Part shown: in pieces, positions 13,757 to 27,330 of the stretch
How the letters are laid out: each line of letters starts with the position of its first letter
Numbering within the stretch: position 1 is the stretch's first letter
NCBI GenBank assembly: GCA_002633005.1
Contig: NMRA01000670.1
Coordinates: 101,843-165,842 of the forward strand
Direction of reading: 5' to 3'
Source of the DNA: Phoronis australis
Lineage: Eukaryota; Animalia; Phoronida
DNA: 64,000 nucleotides
Program-made: the position numbers and the translations under genes
The notes under the pieces: generated by a model
Seen by the model: only the letters and a program-made list of their open reading frames with translations
Database searches by the model: none
What the model was told of the DNA's origin: nothing

Positions 13757-15097
13757 GTTAGTGTTAGCAACATCAGTTAGAATGTTGATTAGGACTAGAC
13801 TTTTATCAATCCATCAAGCATGCAGATATCACAAATGGCTGTCACTGTACTGTTGCCATGTGTGGTCTAAATGTTGTTGTGAGGTAATTGTCAACATTTT
13901 GGAAACTTTTCATATTCCATAAAAACTTAACTGTCCATATGTTTTCTGAAAGCTCTGATTGAAAAATGTTAGTTTACGCCTCAATTGTCTATAACTACTA
14001 TTTTTGTGAAAATTGTCATTTTTGTTTTGAACACAAGTTTCTAAAAAACTGAACTGCCTGTGACTTACTATACCTCAACGATAGAGATGTTAGCCAAACT
14101 TCGTCTCAAGTCTTTATTTTTGACAGCTTATATCTCAGTTTGTAGTTGATGAGGAAGTCAAACATCTGAGACATGGTTCCCTCAGCCATAGACCACGAAA
14201 TAAGGGTACAAAATTCCATGCTAATCGGCCCACGCATTAACACGAAATCAATGTTCAAAACTATCATAAGCATCAAAAACCAAAAGGTCTGAAAATAGCT
14301 CATAATGACATGCCACAAAAATTGAAATTAATGATCAACCCAAACAACTTGTTTATTTGGCGCACAAATAATGTGTTTAATAAGTGCTATGATCAGGAAT
14401 GAAAAATATATATTTCAGTATTAACTTATCAGGCAAATCTACAACCTATGTTTAACAATATATTCTGAGGCAACTAAATGACCTTTAAATGACCTCAAGG
14501 TCCGATCCCTGATCAGAACACAAAAAAATTCGGAATATAGAAACTTTTTAAACTATATTTGATGTGCTTCACTGTCACGTACATCATTGAATTCTGCTTG
14601 ACAGGGTTTTTCTGGTTTGATCCATTTGCAATGTGACTGCAATGTGTGTCACAAAATGCAAATGTTAAATTCTATTTAATAGGATAAGTAGTCCTTTTTG
14701 ATGTTACTTTTGATATAAAATACAGATCCTGGTTATCTTGAAGAGCTCGCTTTCGAATTCCGTGGCATGTATTTACTACAGCTGGAACAGTGGAAAGCAA
14801 CGTAAACATCCCAACAAAGGCCTGCATCTTGGTTTGTCATTCACTTCTGTTGAAAAAAACAGTGTCCTGTACAGATTTTGTTCAATAGCCAGTCGGACAT
14901 TGTGTTTGTTCAATGGCAGTGAAGGCAGAACCAAGATATAAGCCTTTTGCTGGACAGTTTGTGTCACTTTCTATCATTTCTTGGGTAGTAACAGCAATTA
15001 ACACAGAAAGGTGTATCTCCAAGATAATCATGCAACTGTGTTTTACTAATATTTAAAATGGTTGCATTTTCCTTCAAGTAAATATTTTTCACAACAG

Positions 15098-15929
15098 GAG
15101 GCAGAGTAAGCCGGAGCAGGCTCAGTTCCCTCCATCCCACTCTGGCCCAGTCACCTCAGTGCCAATACAATCAGGTCCTGACGAGCTGTATGGCTTCCTG
15201 CCTGGGGCAACGGTGGAACCAGACACCAAGAGAATCAGTCGCATTAAAGAGAGTCAAGCTAATGGTGATAGTAGGACACCTTACAAGGACAATCCCGGTG
15301 TTGTCATGAAAAATGAAACTAAGGGTGGAAAAAAGAAGTCTAGTAGTTCTAATGGGAAATCTGTCACCAAAAGCAGCGCAAGCGGAGATAGCAAAAGTCG
15401 TCCAAAGTCAACTGGTCTCTCGCGTGAGGAGTCGTTGAACCGCAAGGTTCCCAATGTTCTAGCACCCGGTGAGAGGAGACCAGCGAGGCCGAAAGAAGTC
15501 ACTGTGAATCCTCAATATGACTATCCACGGAGCTCGAAGAACATTCAGCCAAGTGAGCCACCAGTTGCTAGTTCAAAGAACAGCGCAAAAACTAAAGATT
15601 TAGACAAGAAAGCTGAGAAAGTTGAGCCTATAAAAGCAAACAAATCTGAAGAGAGTAAACAGAAGGAGAGAGATTTAGACAAGAAAGCAGAGAAAGTTGG
15701 TCCTATAAAAGCAAACAAATCTGAAGAGAGTAAACAGAAGGAGAATTTGGGTAAATTAGAGCTTAAGGAAACTAAAGACACAACCGGTGCTAAATCTCAA
15801 CCTATTAACCATGAGACAAGTAAAAATGAAGAGCAACCTGCTAGTCAAAAAACAGGGGAGACCATCCAAGGAATACACAATCCCGCTTTCGATACAGAAG
15901 ATCACAACCAAGACAGTGATGAATCGTAA
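15098..15929 (+). CDS. Receptor gene 1 exon 5: cytoplasmic tail to stop codon
   Basis: ACAG| acceptor in phase 2 joins the frame of ORF 15159-15929. The five exons total 1458 nt (485 aa + stop). Contains YGFL, NPQYDYP and NPAF motifs. Confidence 0.85.
15597..15744 (+). repeat. In-frame 75-bp (25 aa) tandem duplication in the gene 1 tail
   Basis: DLDKKAEKV(E/G)PIKANKSEESKQKE twice, period 75. Confidence 0.95.
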
Positions 15930-18811
15930 GGCCAAGTAAAAACAGACAATGGAGATTTAAAAATTCACTAGATGGCGCTAGTGTAACAATAATCCTTCCT
16001 GTAGATATGCATGCATTCAGGTAATCACAGAGGACATTTAACCCATGAACATCCTTATACCAATGAACTGCTTTCTGCTCTCAATCTCTCAATTTATTTT
16101 AGTTTCAAAGAGTTTAATCTCCTTTCTTTATCAGCATACTAAGTGTGCATTTGAGTTGTCTATTGTTAGCACAAGATGATAACATTACCGTACCCTTGTC
16201 AACTTTTTAGAGCTAGTTTCATGTTTCTGGAATATTATTGTATGTTGTGGTCAATATTCCCCAACAAACCAAAGACTAGAATCGGGTGAATATCTCAATG
16301 ACTTATTGTTATGGTATGACTTAATTTCTCTTTCACGTGGGAACACCATTTCCCATTACCAATTTAAGTTTAAGGAAACTTAGAAAATAGGATGCAGTTA
16401 ATAAAATGCTATGGATTATTATGACAACATCAGGGTAAGATACAGACTCTTAAAAAGTACGGCATACATGCGGCAGGTGTTTGCCAGGTAGAGTATTCAA
16501 GAATTCAGGAAAAAACAAACAATCAGTGTAGGGTTTTTGGTTAAAGTACAAACCCTCGTGTGACATTTCCAACACGGATACGCAATAAGAATCATTTAGA
16601 ATTTTAGTCAAGTAATGATCCGCATTAGGTAGTCTAGTGGCCACTGTCAAATCGTAATTTGACAGGTTAGCGAACAGGAGAAATGTCTCTAACAACAAGA
16701 AAAAATCGAAAAACTTGATTCTTGTGCAGGATTTGGTATAACTGTTGTCCCTTTTGTCTGATGTTGTTAAATTGTAGTTATCTCCCACAATTAACTATGT
16801 CACAAACGTATCAGTACCCAATTTGCAAATGTGTTTGGCAGTGAATGAATAAGTCATGGAAAGGTGCGTTGCAGTGACTTAAATCTGGGATGAACGTCTG
16901 ATTTTAAAATCCTCAAGGAAATTTAGCCAACAAAGTGGTGCCTAAATTATTGAAATGGTTGCACACATGTGCCAGGTCTTGAACTGTTCACCAGCAAGTT
17001 TCAGTACCTCAAACTGAAGACGATGATCTGTATTAATTGTCACCACGCAGGTAAGTTCACTTCGGGAGTCACTGTATATGATCCAATTCCCCACACTTTA
17101 CTATCATGTTTTGCTAGTCAGGCCATGTGATCTAGCTAGCTTTAACCAGAATATACTATAGCCCCTAGTTAACATGCCTTGCAAACCAGACCACATGATC
17201 TGACTAGTCTTCTTTAGCATAAAGACTATCCTCAGGTTTACATTCTTGAAAGTTCTAATAGTCAATTGAGAACACTTATGTTAACACATTTAGTGTCTGG
17301 CCACTGATTAAAGCACAATAACTGTAATAATGCCATTTAGGACCAGTTGTAGAGTAGTATAACTAAGGATTTTCATTGGCAAAGTTCAGACTCTTGCTAT
17401 CAACAATGTTAGTTTACAAGGCTATTCTTGTAAGGTTTATTCCATAACCGAGTCACCCGGCCAGAGGAAAGAACATATCATTAATGATGTTTTTAACTAT
17501 ATATTAATAAAGCACAAAAATATTTCCAGGTGACCAGTGCAATGGGCCCACATGCGCGGCCTGCGCACGTCTGGTACAACGTGTACCAGACCGTACGTGT
17601 ACCAGACCGCCTGCAATTATTTTTTTATATGTTTTGTGATATTATGGACATGACCGAGTCATAGTCTGAAGCATATAGGTATTGAGCAGAAATATGTAAT
17701 AACATTTTAAAAAAATGCAATTCTATTATTCTCTTTATTTCATTTTCTAGGTTTTTCTCATGTCATTGTGAAGAAGTTGTACAAAACTGGGATTTCCAAA
17801 CTTTATATTCGGTAGTTATTGTCACATGCATTTCAAGCATGTAGATTTAAGAAGACAATTGTGAACACGTGTAATGAATTCTGCTCATCAATGAAACAAC
17901 TTAAAAACAAAACGTGGTTCCAAAAACTTTTATAGTAATGGAGAACAAAACATATCAGCAAACTGTTTTTGTTTATAAGTATCGTTTAACTTTTGTAAAT
18001 TGAGTAAACAACGTCCATGTATTTATAGATTTTTGCTTTATTAAATAAAGTATTATGATTTTGTTTTTCTAAATTTCTTGTTATAACACTGTCATTTCCT
18101 TCAGTCCACTATGTTACCTACCACAGTTACAACCAAAAGTAGACAGTGTCTAAGCACACTCTAAATACTTAAACAAGCAGTAGCATACCATCCCTAATAG
18201 CACACAGATCAGACATGTCATGTCACAGTCTGTGTTTACACACAGTGTGGAACAATCAGAGTTGAGTGAAATCTTTGGTTTTGGGTGCAGATTTTGACCA
18301 GTAATGGGCGTGTTTATGTAAATACATGCAATTATTAGCACTGATTTACATAGATTAAAGCTGCATTTCATCCCATTGAGATGGCTAAAAAATGAAAATT
18401 GACTTCGACTTTCTATACTCTTATGAAGTTGGTTGTGTAATGTTCCTAATCGTAACAGGATTCTGTTTCAGTTAATGACAATATCGTGGGTACACCAATG
18501 AATATGGGTTGATGTGGTGCATTTATATACCAATTGCAGGTCTTCAGCAGGCCACTAATCTTGCTATTATTGTTTTCAACACAACAGCTATCTTGGTCTA
18601 ATGAAGTCAGAATGAGTTTTGAGATTGTAGTAAAAGGACCTGAATAAAGTGACAAAAGTCAATTTATTATTGTGCACAGCAAATAGTGTTGAAATTTATA
18701 AGGCAATATTATTCACAAAAATGTTTAATTCAAAAGTTTTCACGTAACACACCACTACACTTCCTCCACCTCTCTCAACTGTCCCCCGTCTTTGTGTGCC
18801 TGCATTGGTTA

Positions 18812-19023
18812 CATAGTGATGGCAGTGTGTATCATTAGTGACATTAGACCACCTCACATCAAGTATGGAACATCTACACAGTGATGGCAGTGTGTATCAA
18901 CAGTGACATTAGACCACTTCAAATCAAGTATGGAACATCTACACAGTGACGCCAGTGTATATCAACGGTGACATTAGACCACATCACATCAAGTATGGAA
19001 CATCTACACAGTGATGGCAGTGT
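18812..19023. repeat. 65-bp minisatellite (>3 copies, runs into the gap; last partial copy at 21709)
   Basis: GTGA(T/C)G(G/C)CAGTGT starts at 18816, 18881, 18946 and 19011. Confidence 0.95.
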
Positions 19024-19774
19024 NNNNNNNNNNNNNNNNNNNNNNNNNNNNNNNNNNNNNNNNNNNNNNNNNNNNNNNNNNNNNNNNNNNNNNNNNNNNN
19101 NNNNNNNNNNNNNNNNNNNNNNNNNNNNNNNNNNNNNNNNNNNNNNNNNNNNNNNNNNNNNNNNNNNNNNNNNNNNNNNNNNNNNNNNNNNNNNNNNNNN
19201 NNNNNNNNNNNNNNNNNNNNNNNNNNNNNNNNNNNNNNNNNNNNNNNNNNNNNNNNNNNNNNNNNNNNNNNNNNNNNNNNNNNNNNNNNNNNNNNNNNNN
19301 NNNNNNNNNNNNNNNNNNNNNNNNNNNNNNNNNNNNNNNNNNNNNNNNNNNNNNNNNNNNNNNNNNNNNNNNNNNNNNNNNNNNNNNNNNNNNNNNNNNN
19401 NNNNNNNNNNNNNNNNNNNNNNNNNNNNNNNNNNNNNNNNNNNNNNNNNNNNNNNNNNNNNNNNNNNNNNNNNNNNNNNNNNNNNNNNNNNNNNNNNNNN
19501 NNNNNNNNNNNNNNNNNNNNNNNNNNNNNNNNNNNNNNNNNNNNNNNNNNNNNNNNNNNNNNNNNNNNNNNNNNNNNNNNNNNNNNNNNNNNNNNNNNNN
19601 NNNNNNNNNNNNNNNNNNNNNNNNNNNNNNNNNNNNNNNNNNNNNNNNNNNNNNNNNNNNNNNNNNNNNNNNNNNNNNNNNNNNNNNNNNNNNNNNNNNN
19701 NNNNNNNNNNNNNNNNNNNNNNNNNNNNNNNNNNNNNNNNNNNNNNNNNNNNNNNNNNNNNNNNNNNNNNNNNN
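19024..19774. other. Assembly gap
   Basis: Run of N. Confidence 1.
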
Positions 19775-19899
19775 GAAGAATTGCTATTGTGGCGGGCGCC
19801 GTGGTCTGGTCGCGATTCTGTTTGAAGATGCACTCTTAACAAGTTATGTCTATACAAGGAATGACCAAAAGGGACTCACATCTAAGTGAACGCATTCAC

Positions 19900-20511
19900 G
19901 AACAGTGTACAGTACCAGAAATTGCTGGGAGGCTGTATTTTCACAACAAAGTTTTGCGGGACTTGTGCGATGTTCAATAGGCCTCCTAAGGAGCCCTAGT
20001 GCCGACCTCAACATCTACTGTCTTTCTACCTGCAATACGCACCATTGCCGTTTTCTATACTGAAATTTCCGCCCACCCGACGAAACGTCCATGCCCTTGG
20101 CATTTATTTGATGTTAGTACTTCAGGTTTCAAGCGTTCAGACATTGGGACGTTTATTTCGAAAATTGCAAGAGATGCAAATGGATCCTGGCATACATCGT
20201 CAAGGTTTGAAGTAGTCAATGATGAACGGATCAAATTTAGTTGCGCATGCTGTAAACTAAGTCTTTTAAATGGACTTGGTAATCTCAGGGGGCTTAGTGC
20301 CAACTGAGCTGCGAAACGAGATGCTGACATTGTAGAGGCGTACAAGCTCATTGACACAGCAGTTGACGAAGTGCAAGTGTTGGGAACAAACGTCGAAGAT
20401 GTCTGAGTAGAATGGTTCCAAGAGGAGCAAACCATTGGATCTGATGTACAGATTCCTCGGCAGTCTAGACAACAGAAAGATAGGACCAACGTTCCTGGAG
20501 AAACACCCAGG
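19900..20511 (+). mobile_element. Decayed hAT transposase fragment (PRKRIR/THAP12-ZMYM1-like)
   Basis: LRGLSA...DADIVEAYKLIDTAVDEVQVL...WFQ...VQIPRQSRQQKDRTNVPGETP, with stops, resembles the hAT core. Confidence 0.7.
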
Positions 20512-22184
20512 TAATAAGTTTGTAATAATGTCGGTTTTTAATGCTTGTGTACAATGAAAACGAAATAGAAATTATTTTTGGACATGCCAAATTTACCCAG
20601 TACAGCTGAGGGTAATACGAGCGCACAGAAACTGATTCTGGTTTGTATTTCCACTTGAGTCTATCTGCTTCATATCCAAAATCTTTTTCACGTAGTGCGT
20701 AGTTAAATCTGTACTCAATACTTGTTTCTTCCAGTGAGTACTACAGAACGGTGCGAAAACCCTTTCTAGATAACCTCTCGCAGCAGTTGACCACCAGATA
20801 TGTAAACTACATGTATGAGCAACCACTGGGGATTAAAAAGTGTCTAAAGAGAAGTTTTCAATTCAAAATTTTTTGCAAAGTACGCTTTAGGTCTCGCGAT
20901 GGACCAGGCCAGCTTGATTTGTGTAGATATCGAATTTCAGTGTACTTCTGGTCCCTCGGCGAACTAGTCTTGTGATGTTTTTACCAAAGTGTGTTTTGTG
21001 AAACTATTTATCTCAGCCAGTACTGTTTGGTCCCGCGACAGATCGACCATTTTTATAGGGATAATAAGCACAGGTGTACTTTTGGACTCGTGACGGACCA
21101 GGCCAGAGTTTTTGTGTACTCTCAGTGTACAAGTGGTTCCTCTGCGAACTGGTCCTGTATATTTTTCACCACGGTGTACAGAATGTTTTGGTTTCGTGAA
21201 ACTGTTTTCAGATGATTTGTTTCATGATACATTTGACGTTTTTCAATTGTTGTCAACGTGATTCAGCTTAATAAAGTGATACTTAATTATTTATCGCTTT
21301 TAATAATAGACTATGAGCTGAGAGCACCATCGTTCGTCAGTTTTTCTCGTAACGAGAACGAACACATGTTTATTTCCGGACTAAAAGTACAGGTCTTCGT
21401 TCTTAAACAGCTTGAGGCTGTTGCGATCATCTGATATTCAAGCTTTTACGCCCCGTCGGTGCTCCTTATGCTCTTGAATATTTGGTTGTTGTCTAAACCC
21501 CTGTATACACACCACTTTTTCGTATGCTAAAAAGGTGTGTGTAAGCAGATGTTCCAACAAAAATTTTTGCTGGTGGTGTTACTCATACCCAGATCTGCAC
21601 AAATATGGTTTCACGAAACTTATGAGCCAAGTTCATGTGACGAAATCTAGAAGGGCTTTAATTATCTTAAGAAAAACTCCAGGGACATGTTAAGTGCCAG
21701 AAACGTANCAAGTATGGAACATCTAACTCCACCTCACTATACGCATGAGGACTGCATCACTAGGTCAACAGTCGACCGGCCTACAACTGACTCTTTGGCT
21801 GAAATTTTACATAAGAGGTGCACCAGGCAAGCCATTTACCTTCAAAGTTGGTGCCTCCACATTACAGAACTTTTTGGTCTGCCGGCGTTGGCAATTTGTT
21901 AGAGTCACAATACCTTGAGTTTGTCTGCAGCTGTCAATTTTTGCCAGGTAATGTCTGTTGTAGCTCAGAATAGATAACTTTAATGTATCACTTGATATTG
22001 AACATTTAAAGATATCAGAAAGGTTAAGATGACAGAAAGTGAAGAAACCTTTTCAGCAATTTCGGTTCATTTAGTGCATATTCAGTAGCTCTGTGATAGA
22101 AAAACTGACCATAGGGTTGGACAAACCCATTCAAACATCATTCACATGGTGAGACACTCTAAGTGTTAGCATCTCATTGGTCAG

Positions 22185-22307
22185 AAATTCACCTAGAATC
22201 ACAAAAATCAAATTCTCGTGATATGAACTCAACATATTCTATGGCTTTGCAACCTTTGATGATTGTCACATTAACATCAACTTCAACCATGAGGACCACA
22301 GACCCTG
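22185..22307 (+). pseudogene. Receptor gene 2 putative Ser/Thr stalk exon
   Basis: In-frame AG acceptors at 22184 and 22196; ...VTLTSTSTMRTTDP; G|GTAAGA phase-1 donor; expected position in the exon order. Confidence 0.5.
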
Positions 22308-23248
22308 GTAAGAAAATCACCAACACCGCTAATACATAATTAGCAGAGCAACAGAGATAGCAACACCCCAACAGTCGAGCGAAAGTCAAACAATATGGCC
22401 CTTGCATAGTGTGGACACACCACAAAAATATTGTGCAACAGTCACGTGATGAAAGCTAATTGCTGCAACTATCATGTGGAGTCACAACAACTAGTCATTG
22501 CATAGTGAAGACACCCGCTTAATGAGAAAATAGTTGATGGGAGCAAAGTGTAAAGAAAGAGCTCATACATATTGGTCATTGATGAGGCTGTCGCACAGCC
22601 TGAAAAGCTCTTTCCTGGAAAATCTTCAATGTATCATAGCAGACACTATCGAGTCTGAGCGACCAGCTATCGCAGATAACTGAAGCTGTGCTGCATACAA
22701 ATTGCTAACTGCTAACATGCCTTCATTATACCGGAAAACAGAAAGGGTAATAAATACTTTTTACTACTGTTTGCCATGTTGTACCAACTTTACCCAAATG
22801 ACCAGTGCATGTCAGGGCAGAAATGTATTTGTCATTTGTTACCCTCAACTACACTAACAATGTAGCAGAGGTCTTTATTAATGTACCTATGAGAGTATGG
22901 AACAAGTTAAACGGTAGTCACATGCTAACACACCATGGGATTTTTATTTTGAACAATGGTCAGTCGTTAAGAAAATGAATTTGATAGTCAACTTGAATTA
23001 TAATATTGGCAAGCTATCTTTATTAAGCTTGTAAAGCGGTTAAGAAGAGGTTGAAAAACGGGATCAGTCCAACCACCTCATTAAAGATTTTTTGACACGT
23101 CTATTTTACCTTATTCATCAGTAGTCTTGTTAAAGCTATCCAAGCAATGAATAGTGTGGTAAGAGAGCAAGGAAAATAAAGCCAGGAGAAAAATATCAAG
23201 TACGGTAACATGTCAGTTTGATCAAGCTTGATCAAATTAAGTTAATTA

Positions 23249-26200
23249 CCATAAACGTTCGGGTTAACGCCCATGCTCAGTTAACCGCCCACCCCCTACT
23301 TTAGGTGGATTTTCGATTTAACCACCCACTGCTCGGTTAACCGCCCCACTGCGATTTTTGAAGATTTCCAGTTAAGCGCCCACCTCTCGGTTAAGCACCC
23401 ACCTCTCGGTTAAGCGCCCATCCCCAATTTTTTAAGATTGAAGATTTAGCGCACAGTGTTAGGAAACGCGCGATTCCCGACTTTTAGATACAGATGATGA
23501 TCACAACGATGCTGGGCCTCCGGGACAGCCGTTTGGCAATGTGAATTAATACAAGCAACGAATTATTGTCCCGGGTCATGAACTTACTTCAAAATATAAT
23601 ACTTGAACGTTTTTATCATTTTATTTTCTTCCCATATTTGCAAAGTTTAAGAACCCCGCCGGCGTCAATACCTCCGCTTTCAGCGACGCTGTCTGCCACG
23701 ATGAGTTTCCGTCTGCAGTGCACTAGATAAAACATATTCGAAATAATCGGGCCAGAGAAATGTGACAATGGTTTTGCCAACCCTCCAAATTCTCTTTAAG
23801 GTGGGAAGCTCTCGTATTTTGAAGAATTAATTCCCATAACTCACGGAAAGATGTCATATTCTCCCTATTTTGATGAATGTTATTGCCAGGTTATCGAGGA
23901 TGTGTGGCGACCAATGGGACAGTGTGCCTCACTGGGTTACCGATTTGCTGCCCCTCGATTTTTGAGTTCAAAGGTTGGCAATACGTCACTGTATGTTTGC
24001 GTATCATCTTGAAGTAATAAAAAACTTCTTGTCAAATATTGTTTTTCGCGTATTGCATCTCAGTCAATCTGGTGTTAGCAGAAAATGTTGCTGGCTATTC
24101 CTTACTACAATTTCCTGCGTCGACCCCCACCTGACTGTGTGATATCGCTTCCATATTCCCTTTTTAGCCATCCAGAATAATTTTGTTTCTACATTGGCCA
24201 GTTTCTTTTGTGAAAATGGTTTCAGCTTGAACAAAATTCTTGCCATTCGAGCCTGAAATATCTACGACGCAGACTGAGTGAAAATTGTCGATAGCTGGTA
24301 GGATGTGTACGCTCACGGGCATGGCACACTCGGGCCTAGGGAACATCAAGCCGGAAAATATCCGATGTAGACTTGACATCGCAGTTTTGGGGGACACTGG
24401 AACGGAGGAATAACGTAAAGCACTGGGTCTTTCCTAACAACAGCTTAAAAGTACAGCGGCGAGGCGGTTTCTTTTACTTAGGACTGTCGCTGTTCTCTTT
24501 TGATGTGTGACTTTGTAGTGGTGCACGCACGTAAGTTCCCACACTGAGTGCATGTTATCTTGACACCAACACATGATTGACAGTAAGTAGGCCCTACGTG
24601 CGTGTTGAATACCGCCGCTATCTTTGGCACTTAATAACGAGACGCATATTGAAAGAAGCAGTTATATTACTTCACGGCCTTTCCAAGTCAAGATTGCCTG
24701 CTAGCCGGGACATTGCACGCAAACAGCAGGACCGACAAGTGACGCAGTGCAATAGTGTAGTTGATATTATAATAGGATATAATCTGGACATCTTGCATGT
24801 AAAATAAATCTGTTTCCACCACAAAGTTGGGTAAGGTGGACGTTTAAGAATGAATTGAAACATCGTTGTTAGACGTTTTATCACATATTTATGACATGGT
24901 TCGAAATTTTCTTCTCGATTGACGATTCTTGTCTTACTTCTTTGCCGAGCATGTTTCGCGCAACGGGAAGTGAAAATGTTATTGAGTCACGGAGTGTCGA
25001 CTATAAACATCCCAAACACAAAAACACCTGATTTAGTTTTTCAAACTTTATTACAACTAATTTTAAAACTGCTCTCTGACCCAGAACTTGAAACCTAGCA
25101 CTGGACTGTAACCTTGATGTCAGCTATGACCTCTGAAACACGTGAAGCTTGCACGCGCGCACTTTTGCAGTGTCCCCGCTTGCAATCCAAGTGGAGCGTT
25201 ACGTGGTCACTGGTCGTCTGCGCACTACAGTTCTAACAAACTAACAAGACTGCAGGATGGCATGGGTCTATTACTCAGCAATTTTGTAAATTTAATTGTG
25301 AATGATTAAACTGAGGGCAACAGAACTTTTGTTTGGATCATCCGCTGTTATGAAGTTTTTACCGTCATTTGGCGATGTGACAATAAAGCTCTTTGAAAAG
25401 TGCTACGCGTTCCGAGTACATGTGTCGTGTGGGGACTTAGATCACGAGGTAATATTAACCGCCCAAGGCGGTTGTCTGTCGTAGTAAGCGCCCATGTTCG
25501 GTTAACCGCCACCCTGGATTTCTTGAAATTTCACCTTTAAGCGCCCATGTCTGGTTAACCGCCCACCCCCGATTTTTTGGGTTTGCACATTGTGACCCAC
25601 CACGACAAAATGAGTCTTAAGTCAGAAACTCTATTTCCTGACAAGACTGCAAACAGTCGCTATCGGTTAAAATTAGGTCAATTTTTTATTGCAGATTATG
25701 ATTATTTATTCATTCTACTTCACAAAACAATACTTTAAAACAAGCAAACTTCATTTTAAACCTTATTTATTTCATTTTGAAAAACATCACCTTCTCCACG
25801 ACTGCATATCTTGTGAAATTTCCATCGAAAATTGCCGGTTTTCGTGTCCTCATTTACTCAGTTTTCCGATGACCCAATTCGCTCGTAAACACATCAACAG
25901 AAAGGTCAAACTCTGCTCATTATGCATGTAGTAAGTTCTTTGAGTTTTTCGTTCAATCATCAGTCGTTATTTCACTTTTTGCATTCGGGGTATATTCAAC
26001 AGAAGTGCCACTCACCAGTCTTTTAGCTAGCAACGACCTTTTAACCCAATGCATCGCTGACCTCATTCGCTAGAACTAGTTAAGTGGGCGTGAAACTGTG
26101 GGGTCGCGAGGTCACGGCATGTTTACAAGACAGTAAGATGGCTGGTCGCCATGTAGCTGATATCTCAGTGATTAACTCTTGCCTCTGACTGCCGTATCAA

Positions 26201-27208
26201 GATCAGCGAGAATTAACTGAACTCATCAAAGAGCACATTTGTTGATGGAGACAAGGAGGAAATTCATGACACCGACGAGTCGTCTGACGGCAGCAACTCC
26301 TCGCCAGATGAGATTCATGATCGACCCATCGCGAATACGGTTACGTTGGATTCCAAGTCGTTGGATTGGAACAAAGAGAACTTGAAAAAACAGTCCGGAT
26401 TAGCTTAATCGCACAACAATGTCTTGTATCTGCAAAGTCAGTGGATCGGGGTGCAAGCAGCTGAATATTACTGCAAGAGAGAACAATCTTCGATAGGGCT
26501 GAATCACTCAGTGAGAAGTCAAGGAAATCGTTGCTCTTCAGTCAGTGTCAGTGGACTTGGATAGGGATAAGTGATTGTCATTTTTTTCCAAATTATTCAC
26601 ACTATTGTAAAATTTTGAATTATTTTGAACGAAAGTCAGCCACGAATGTGTATTTTGTAATCTACAGGACTTCATTTTTATTGAACTTCTCCAAAATACA
26701 CTTTAACTACTTGTTTTACTTGCGGTAACCCCTCCTGCCACAAGTGGACTGACCCTGTATACATTAGCTGAGAAATTTATTGACCCAGTTCCAGCAACCC
26801 AACATGAATATCACTCCTTTTTGGCTGAGATTACATGATAAGGTCTATATTTTTTTCTAATTTTTGATTACTTATATTTGTTTATGTTGTTGTGTATACT
26901 AATAAGTCTGAAATGTAGCATTCAACTGCAGGTTGCTATGGAAATTTTAAAGACACTATCGGCACTTTTTGTCGGCCATTTTCCTTGACTTATGAAAGCT
27001 CTAAGTTTTCGCTTTCCCACAACTAGATTTGGCAATAACTCGGTCATTTGTGAAGATAAGGACATGTTTCATACCTCAAAATGATCAGAAAATACTGTAT
27101 TTTCATAAAAAATGACAATTAAAAAAATGACAAATCCCGACTTAAGACTCATTTTGTGGCGGTGGGTCACAATTTAGCCGCCCAGGACGTTAACCCGAAC
27201 GTTTACGG
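23249..27208. mobile_element. Non-autonomous pogo-like element with a nested insertion
   Basis: TIR CC(A/G)TAAACGTTCGGGTTAACG at both ends, TA target duplication, many TTAA(C/G)CGCCC subterminal repeats. Confidence 0.85.
25592..27170. mobile_element. Nested TIR element (GTGAC termini; Sola1-like, tentative)
   Basis: GTGACCCACCACGACAAAATGAGTCTTAAGTC ... GACTTAAGACTCATTTTGTGGCGGTGGGTCAC; flanks CATT / AATT. Confidence 0.8.
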
Positions 27209-27251
27209 TAGCACAATACAATTCCAATGAGTTTTTACAATATTGCCACAG

Positions 27252-27330
27252 GTGCAATTGTTGGAGGTGTCATAGGAGGTCTGGCTGCTCTGGTGTGTAT
27301 ACTCCTAGAAATTATTTACAGTAGCATCAG
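27252..27330 (+). pseudogene. Receptor gene 2 transmembrane exon
   Basis: CCACAG| GAIVGGVIGGLAALVCILLEIIYSSI AG|GTTAAG; phase 1-2, as in gene 1 exon 4. Confidence 0.8.

Larger units (their letters stand above)
18780..21947 (+). pseudogene. Receptor gene 2 lectin-like exon, disrupted
   Basis: From 18801: CIGYIVMAVCIISDIRPPHIKYGTS, compared with gene 1 CFNYFINIDC...NYGKG. After 21709: KYGTSNSTS, HEDC, KRCT and SQYLEFVCSCQFLP in shifting frames, ending at a phase-1 donor G|GTAATG (21948). Confidence 0.75.

Noticed and set aside
16968-17056. Possible first exon of gene 2 (perfect CAG|GTAAGT, phase 1 after MICINCHHA)
   Set aside because: No convincing signal peptide upstream; position fits but evidence is too weak.
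18919-19889. Long ORFs full of X (also 50989-51777)
   Set aside because: Artefacts of reading through N gaps.
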